NCBI RefSeq assembly: GCF_009914755.1
Contig: NC_060930.1
Source of the DNA: the human T2T-CHM13v2.0 reference genome, Homo sapiens
Reading direction: 5' to 3' (one strand)
Length of the DNA: 64,000 nucleotides
In this document: positions 56,966 to 64,000 of the stretch, piece by piece
Layout of the letters: each line of letters opens with the position of its first letter
How positions within the stretch are numbered: position 1 is the first letter of the stretch
Notes under the pieces: model-generated
What the model was told of the DNA's origin: nothing
Seen by the model: only the letters and a program-made list of their open reading frames with translations
Database searches by the model: none
Made by a program: the position numbers and the translations under genes

Positions 56966-57998
56966 ATTGAGGGCAATGTGATTTTCTTGCCAGAGGGAAT
57001 AAGTCAAATATCATTATTATGTATCCTAAAATTCATGTAAAAAAATTACTATTGTCAATGTACTTCTCCATCATTGGGTGGTCATCTTAACGTCTTCATA
57101 TTTAGATATTTGACAGTTATAGTAAGTAGAGAGTTGCTAGAGAACTTCTTGTTTCCTTACTCAACATTTCCCCCTTCCCCTATTTCCAGATGAACGACCT
57201 GGGCACAGAGATGGGGACTGAATCTGACTATTTTTTTCTCTGAAACAAAAAGATTTTCATATTATAAGTAAGATCAACTTACTAGAATCCAGTTGGCAGA
57301 AGGGTAAGATGACATATGAACTCTTGTTCTTTCCTCTCTCAACTGACCTTTCTAAAAAGTATTAACAGAAGGGAAAGGATATTTTCAGAAGTGGGCAGCA
57401 AGTGAGGCCAATGGATGTCCTCTGCCTGGCCCTGGCCCCACCATATTGTCCAGTGTGCACCTCATCCAGCGTGGCTGTCTCCAGGGCAGTTTCAAGAGCA
57501 GAGGGCTTTGTGGTTTTGGTGTGAAGACTTTTCCTGCTAACTGAGGATGGCCCAAGGGGAAACTCCTTTGGCACAACGTTCTTGAATAGAATTAATGAAT
57601 CCACCTCTGAATCTATAAGGCAGCTTTGGCCCTGGTTCAAATGAAGATGCTAACAAATTTAATGCCCTTTTCTAACAGCAGAGTACCAGGTATCTTAAAC
57701 TTAAGGAAGCCCTCAAAACATGACTGTAGGCTTATACGGAATAGAATTAAGGTCTCTTCCCTGAGACTTCTTTCTCCACACAGTTTCCCAGTCTTCCCAG
57801 CCTTCTTTAGCTTTCTAAGTATCATCAAAACTTATTCACGAGAAAGAACTGAAAGTTCAATTACTCTAAAGCCAAAATAACTGATGATGGCTTAACATGT
57901 TTTCTCTGCCATCAAGATTTCAATATGAATAAAGCCTTAGATAAAATACTTGCAGTACCCCTATCAATTAATGACAAACTTTATAAAGAAAGGAAAGG

Positions 57999-58135
57999 AG
58001 GCCACACCTGTAATCCCAGCACTTTGGGAGGCTGAGATAGGAGAATCAATTGAGGTCAGGGGTTCTAGACCAGCCTGGGCAATATAGCAAGACCCCGTTA
58101 CTATTAATTTTTTTAATGAAAGAAAAAAAAAGGAA
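57999..58135 (+). mobile_element. FLAM_C / Alu left monomer
   Basis: cacacctgtaatcccagcactttgggagg...agcctgggcaatatagcaagacccc. Confidence 0.8.
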
Positions 58136-59430
58136 AGAAATTTCTTTCGAGGGAGGGGTTGGGAGGTAAAGTGACTTATCAAGCAGAGGGAGCCACTGCT
58201 ATTGAAACATTCTGGGGTCAGGTCTTTGCAAAAATGAATGAATATTGTTTTCTGTGGTTGTCTAGCACGCTAGCACTTCAACAAAGATTATTAATCTAGG
58301 TACCAAACCAACAGATCCAACATATCATCACACTTTAAGAAAGTCTCTAATATTTTAAAGTTAAAGTTAGTTGGGTTTATTAGCAGAAAAAGAATCTTCT
58401 CCAGGATGTCATTTAAGTAGAAGGCCAGACCTCAATAGTCCAACACAAATATAAAACATGGTCTTCTAGGGAGCTCTGGAATATAAGGTAATTAAACAAG
58501 GAAAATTCATTGTAAAATTATAAATAAGAAGAACTGCTTTATCTCTTAGCAAAGAGGATAAACCCAGGCTGGTTCCAATGGAAGTCAACAGCATAATGTA
58601 AAAAGAGCAAGTTACCTACTTACAAATCATGTGATCTCTCCTGGAATGTTTGGGTCTTTTGCCATCTAACACAATAAATAAGCACACCCCCAAAATAAAT
58701 ACAAGCTTATATCTTTACTTGCCTCTAGATTCCATCATGAAGCATACCTCTGTTTTGAATTAATTGAATACATCTGCTTGTGTATAGAATACTCACATAT
58801 GTATCCTCTTCCAACCAAACTAAAAACAAAAAAGTATGTATCTCTCTACCATCTCACATATTTTTAATAATTCTAGATTATTTGTTTCAACCTTACAGTT
58901 CTACACTTTCATATTTTAATGCCATCAATGTAAAACATATGACTTGATTTTGGAATTTTTAAAATAATATTTTATTTCTAGGTCATAGAGATATTTTAAC
59001 ACTGAATTAAGTTTTGCAGAGCTGAAATCTTGAGAATGTTTTGGGTTGGATTGTTCAGTGCCGAATACGTGTTAGCTTGAATACTTGATGTAACCTTGCC
59101 TTCCTCTCTGATTATTTCTCAGAACAATAGACCATTATAAGTGTTGTTTTGGAGCAGTTTAAAGTTACAAAACAGAATTGAGCTAATCAGATTTTGACAT
59201 TGGCTTTTGAACATTACTATGCTTTACCATATTTAAAAATAATTTTTGAACACACACACACACACCTATATGTAATCTATAGCTATATTCCCCAGAGAGT
59301 GAGATCATTTTTTGAAAATCTATTACAGAAGTTGGTCATATGATGCTACAGAACACAGTGATAATTATTTAGTAAAAGTAAGTCCCTGTTTGCAAATGAA
59401 TAATCATCCCCTTCCCAAATACATTTCTTT

Positions 59431-59737
<307 letters not shown>

Positions 59738-61165
59738 CCAAATACATTTCTTTAAGTTGAAATTTTCCCTCCTGAGTTTTCTTAAATTACGACCCTTTCA
59801 TATTATTTGTTCACTTTGTAAAGTATTTTAAATTTCTCTTTCTTGGTCAACTCTCCAGAAATGACTGACTTCCAAATCCACCACCTACCCCCTGGGAATC
59901 AACTCTATTTTTCACATTTCCAGTTTAGCATCTCTTTCTTCAATCACACATTCATTTGCACTCACCTAAAGGTTTGGTCAGCAGCATAGACTTATACTCT
60001 CTCTCTCTCTCTTTCTCTCATCTATGAGTCATTACAATTTCAGTAGAATTACAATAACGAGTTCAGAACCTGTCGCCCACACCTCACAGTAAGTAAAAGG
60101 AACCAGAAGACAGCTTTCTCCTCTTATAAATGTCAAGTGTTCAGCATGTCTCCAGTGGGTGCTGAATAGAAAAGTAACCTTAAAGAAGTCAGTCCTTGGG
60201 TTGGAGCAAAGCTTTCAGAATTCAGAGTCCATAGTTGACTTTCCTACAAGGGCATATGATTGGTAGTTTCAGCTTCCTTTTTCATGAGGCTTAACTGTCT
60301 GCAGCACCGGCTTGGTGTCTGATCTGTTCTGATCGGGTGGGAGAGGGAGACCCCACAAAACAAACAGCAGAGGATTTTCAGGTTTGTTTCAAGGGCAGCC
60401 AGCCGAGCTGTGTATAGGGAGTGGGGGGACAGGGGTGGTGTTGATGGTCTTCCTTCCGAGGCTTATCAAATGTAAATGCTCTTTTCTTAACAAGCTGACC
60501 CACTGTACACCACACCATACTAATGAGCAATTCTGCTTGGTCAACAAAGGGTGCAAGAGGTTGTGGAAAACCCACAGTAGGGCTTGCATTTGGCTATCAC
60601 TATGCCCTGCATGAAGATCTCAAAGTACTGTGCCTAAAAGTCATTACTGAGGTTTGGTAGGAAGAATATTAAACCAGAATAACTTGAGATACTAGCCAAA
60701 GTTTATTTTTGTTGTTGGTATTATTTTGTTACATTCAGACAGAGAGAAATGCATTTAGGCAGACTGGCATGATCTGCGCTGGATATTTGACCAGGCAATC
60801 AGAAGCAAGGAAAGGAAGAAAGCCAGGCAAGAGGGAAGGGGTGACATCAAACGTGCCCTCTGTATTTCGCTCCAGAAAACAGCTCACAATTATGACTACC
60901 TGCCTTGTTTTGCAGCTCAGCATAAAAGTGGTGTTGCACCAAACCCTACTGGAGCAGCCTTCATGATTAGAAAGTACTCCACACCTTGGAGAGCTGAGGA
61001 GACATGAGAATAATTTTAAATGCAAATTAAATTGAGGGGGTAGCAGAGAAGAACACATAAAAGACAGTAAAACAAAACCTTTCAATTTTCTTAAATTAGC
61101 AGTCTAATGTGTTCTAAAGAGCAGCTCCACTCAGATCTCTTCTTAAGGGTTGCATTTCATCACAG

Positions 61166-61172
61166 TATAAAT
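61166..61172 (+). promoter_or_regulatory. PHACTR1: TATA box of the PHACTR1 upstream promoter
   Basis: TATAAAT about 30-34 bp upstream of an Inr-like CTCAGT (A at 61200) and an ATG-free exon ending in a strong donor. Confidence 0.7.
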
Positions 61173-61199
61173 GGGCAAATCCATCACTTCCCTCTGCTC

Positions 61200-61325
61200 A
61201 GTGCTCTTGAAGCGAGATTGAAGGGAAAATTAGAAGCTGTTCATTTGTGCTTGCGGGCTCAGAAGCGTCGCACTGCTTTGTTTTGTACTCTACCGTGTCC
61301 TGTTGAAAGGGGTCAACAAGTGCCG
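61200..61325 (+). other. PHACTR1: PHACTR1 non-coding exon 1 (start approximate)
   Basis: Ends at strong donor CCG|GTGAGT (61326); no ATG; locally CpG-enriched and repeat-free. Confidence 0.7.
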
Positions 61326-61937
61326 GTGAGTATCCGCTAACTTCCAGACTCTTCCTTTCAAATATCTTTTTGGCTAATTTTCCTTTGCCGGGGATGGGGG
61401 TTGTGGGGGGAGTGGGGATCTCCCACAAAATCTATGCTATAATATGTCTTTCAGAATCTGGGAAATTTCAGACAGCTTTTTAAGCTTCTTCCAGTGACTG
61501 ATTTGCAGAAGGGAAGAGTTATTTTCAGCCTAGATGCCGGTGGCTGTTCTGTGTATTAATTATAACAGGGGAATGTCTAACGTATGTTAAGCTAAAATGG
61601 CCTTTCCCTAAACTCCCCCATTCCCTGCCACTCTTAGGCCAGCATTAGGGTAATAACTGGTGCCCCCACAAAAATTTCTAGACAACTTTTCTATATATTA
61701 AATTTTTAATCATTTCATATTCTATTCTTTTGTAGCTGCAAATCAAACTAAGATTTGGGATTATGAAAATAAACAATGAAGACATAAATCTGTTTTGTTT
61801 TTTTTTTAATGACTATGGCACTTCTCTGCCTAAGAGATAGGGGGCTGGGGAATAGCCCTGCATGATGTATGCATGTGGATTTGATGATTTTCTGCCAAAG
61901 TTTTACACGGGAAACTGGTAATTTTCTCCCTTCGCAG

Positions 61938-61982
61938 GGGAGGGTGCAGAGGCTGAGGCTGGCGTCACCTTCCGTTGCTAAG
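61938..61982 (+). other. PHACTR1: Possible 45-nt alternative 5' UTR exon
   Basis: Acceptor ttttctcccttcgcag| and donor AAG|GTAACG; prediction only. Confidence 0.35.
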
Positions 61983-61987
61983 GTAAC
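61974..61987. promoter_or_regulatory. RFX X-box motif with adjacent CRE half-site (CGTCA, 61963-61967)
   Basis: GTTGCTAAGGTAAC fits the GTTGCYnnRGYAAC imperfect palindrome. Confidence 0.6.
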
Positions 61988-62096
61988 GTGCTCTGGCCAT
62001 TTTATCTGATAAAGGAAGTCCAGTGGACTGTATGCATTATTCATCACTGTTCTAATCAAACAATCAAAATCGTTTACTTTCACCGGGAATATTTAG

Positions 62097-62172
62097 CAAG
62101 ATCAAAGACACTCTGGCTGGAACGGCTCTTGTTTTACCGCTGACAGATAGCCTTTGATTTTTATTTTTTGCA
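62097..62172 (+). other. PHACTR1: PHACTR1 non-coding exon 2
   Basis: Branch-like CTAAT near 62052, first downstream AG at 62095-62096, donor GCA|GTAAGT at 62173; no ATG. Confidence 0.6.
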
Positions 62173-63089
62173 GTAAGTATATTTGCTATTGGGGTACCTT
62201 TGGGTATTTTTAAAAGTTTTGTCTTACCGGACTTGGTTTCTTAAATTAAAATACATACTGTTAGAAAGAGAAACCAATTGGATTAGACTTCCAAGCTTGG
62301 TTTTAATGACTTTGTCTTGTTAATTCTTTCCAAAAAAATATTCTGCAGAAATAGAGATAATTCATTTGTGTGAGTATCAGGGAAAGGCTACATAGGCTTG
62401 AAAAAAGAACCCAACAGGCTGAATGTTTTCTGGGGAAGTATATTAGCTTTGTGACAGGCTAGTGTATGATAATATAGGGATCACTGTAATGCTGCAATCA
62501 TTCTTGCTGCTCTACAAACCACAATTGTTTCTCAAAAATCAGCCCCTGCCAGGCACAGGCAGGTGACGATCCTCTAGCACTTTATAAAATGTGCTGAAGG
62601 GAATCGCCGGAAAGGAAGGAATTCAAAGCATTTGTACAGCAAATATGTCAGTGTGTGTCATAAACGCACGGCATCTATGAGTGGAGGCTCGGATTCCCAG
62701 GCAATTTTCCCTGCTCCAGGGGAATCCGAAAGTCCCAGGATGAGCTGAGGATCAACACTCACAACGGCTGACACTTAATGACGCTATTTATCAAATAGAC
62801 CTTTTGAAAACTGATAGCATGTGAATTTAACAGTATATGTTCCAGAGAATATAAAGCAAGGAAAGGCTGGTATGTTATCTCTCTTTAGATCAGATCATCT
62901 GTTTTTCCTGAGTAGAATATATTACTTTTAATGAATGTTGGCTAAATGCGGCATTTTCTCACACGGTAGGAAAGCTATGCTGGGGGGTGGCTTTAGAATT
63001 GCAAATGTCAATCAAGTAGTAGAATATTATAATGGGATATTCTTATTCAAACATTTTAAAGTACATCTATATATACACTTTATACTTGA

Positions 63090-63326
<237 letters not shown>

Positions 63327-64000
63327 TGAACAGCCATGTAGGCTGTAGCTGTTAAAGCCTTGCTCTGAAAGTTTAATAACCGGTATTTCTAAGTTGATAA
63401 CCTCTACCAAACTGCTGCTGGAATTGAGGCAGGTATATAATAGAATAAATAAATCCACACTTCTTGGATGTGGTTAAAAAAATGCCCAACTTTTGGTGTA
63501 AGTGCCCCTCAGAAAGCTATGTTAGAAATGATTTCCTACCACCTGTGTCCAACACTTATGTCCAAAAAGAATCAAGAATGCTCTTCCCCTTGGAGAATTT
63601 CCAGTTTGCAGCCACAGCTCTTGAAATCTTAGGGCATCATGACCCAGTGGACTGGAATCCAGCAGGATTAGGGGCTCTTGAGAGAAGCGCTGAGCTTCTC
63701 TATAGCTGCCTTCTCTATTTTAGCTGAATTCAGTTACCGCCTCAGATAATTACTAGTGTACATTCAGGGAGCAAGCCTCTTGGGAAGTGTGGTTGATGTG
63801 TCCGTTTTTATTACATGTTTCAAGATGGTCAGTTAGGTTCCAGTTTTCTTGCCCTTCTGTTGGGGTATTTAGAATGTTTTTCCACCACATTAAAGAAGAA
63901 GCTGGAGTGTTATATGGGATCTCGTGACTAGGAGGAGATTTTTTTTTTCACATATTTTCTGTTTTCCATGAAATGTTTAAGGTGTTCAGTCAAAGCAACC

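Noticed and set aside
60700-62800. CpG island at the PHACTR1 promoter
   Set aside because: CpGs are only modestly enriched and GC content looks low by eye; this resembles a TATA-type, non-island promoter.
63715-63723. MEF2 site CTATTTTAG in the intron
   Set aside because: One base short of the 10-bp CTAWWWWTAG consensus.

Overview
Primate genomic DNA, almost certainly human because it carries an AluYa5 with all five diagnostic bases. About 60 kb of repeat-rich intergenic sequence runs into the 5' end of PHACTR1 on the + strand. The gene start consists of a TATA promoter near 61166, two likely non-coding exons (about 61200-61325 and 62097-62172) and the first coding exon 63128-63276, which encodes [34 protein letters not shown]. 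The main accessory element is a 5847-bp two-LTR HERV-H (LTR7) provirus at 11603-17449, co-oriented with PHACTR1. It has a GCCAG target-site duplication (TSD), a tRNA-His primer binding site (PBS), decayed gag/pro/pol, a 121-bp leader tandem repeat and LTRs that differ by a 51-bp deletion. The rest is Alus, L1 fragments, L2/MIR, solo LTRs (MLT1, THE1, MLT2A1), DNA transposon fossils (MER20, MER2, Tigger2a, MER5) and microsatellites. Almost all ORFs in the supplied track come from repeats or chance. I found no evidence of a wholly new biological system; the best leads are regulatory, splicing and evolutionary features around the HERV-H and the PHACTR1 5' end. Family and subfamily names are recalled from consensus sequences and were not checked by any search.
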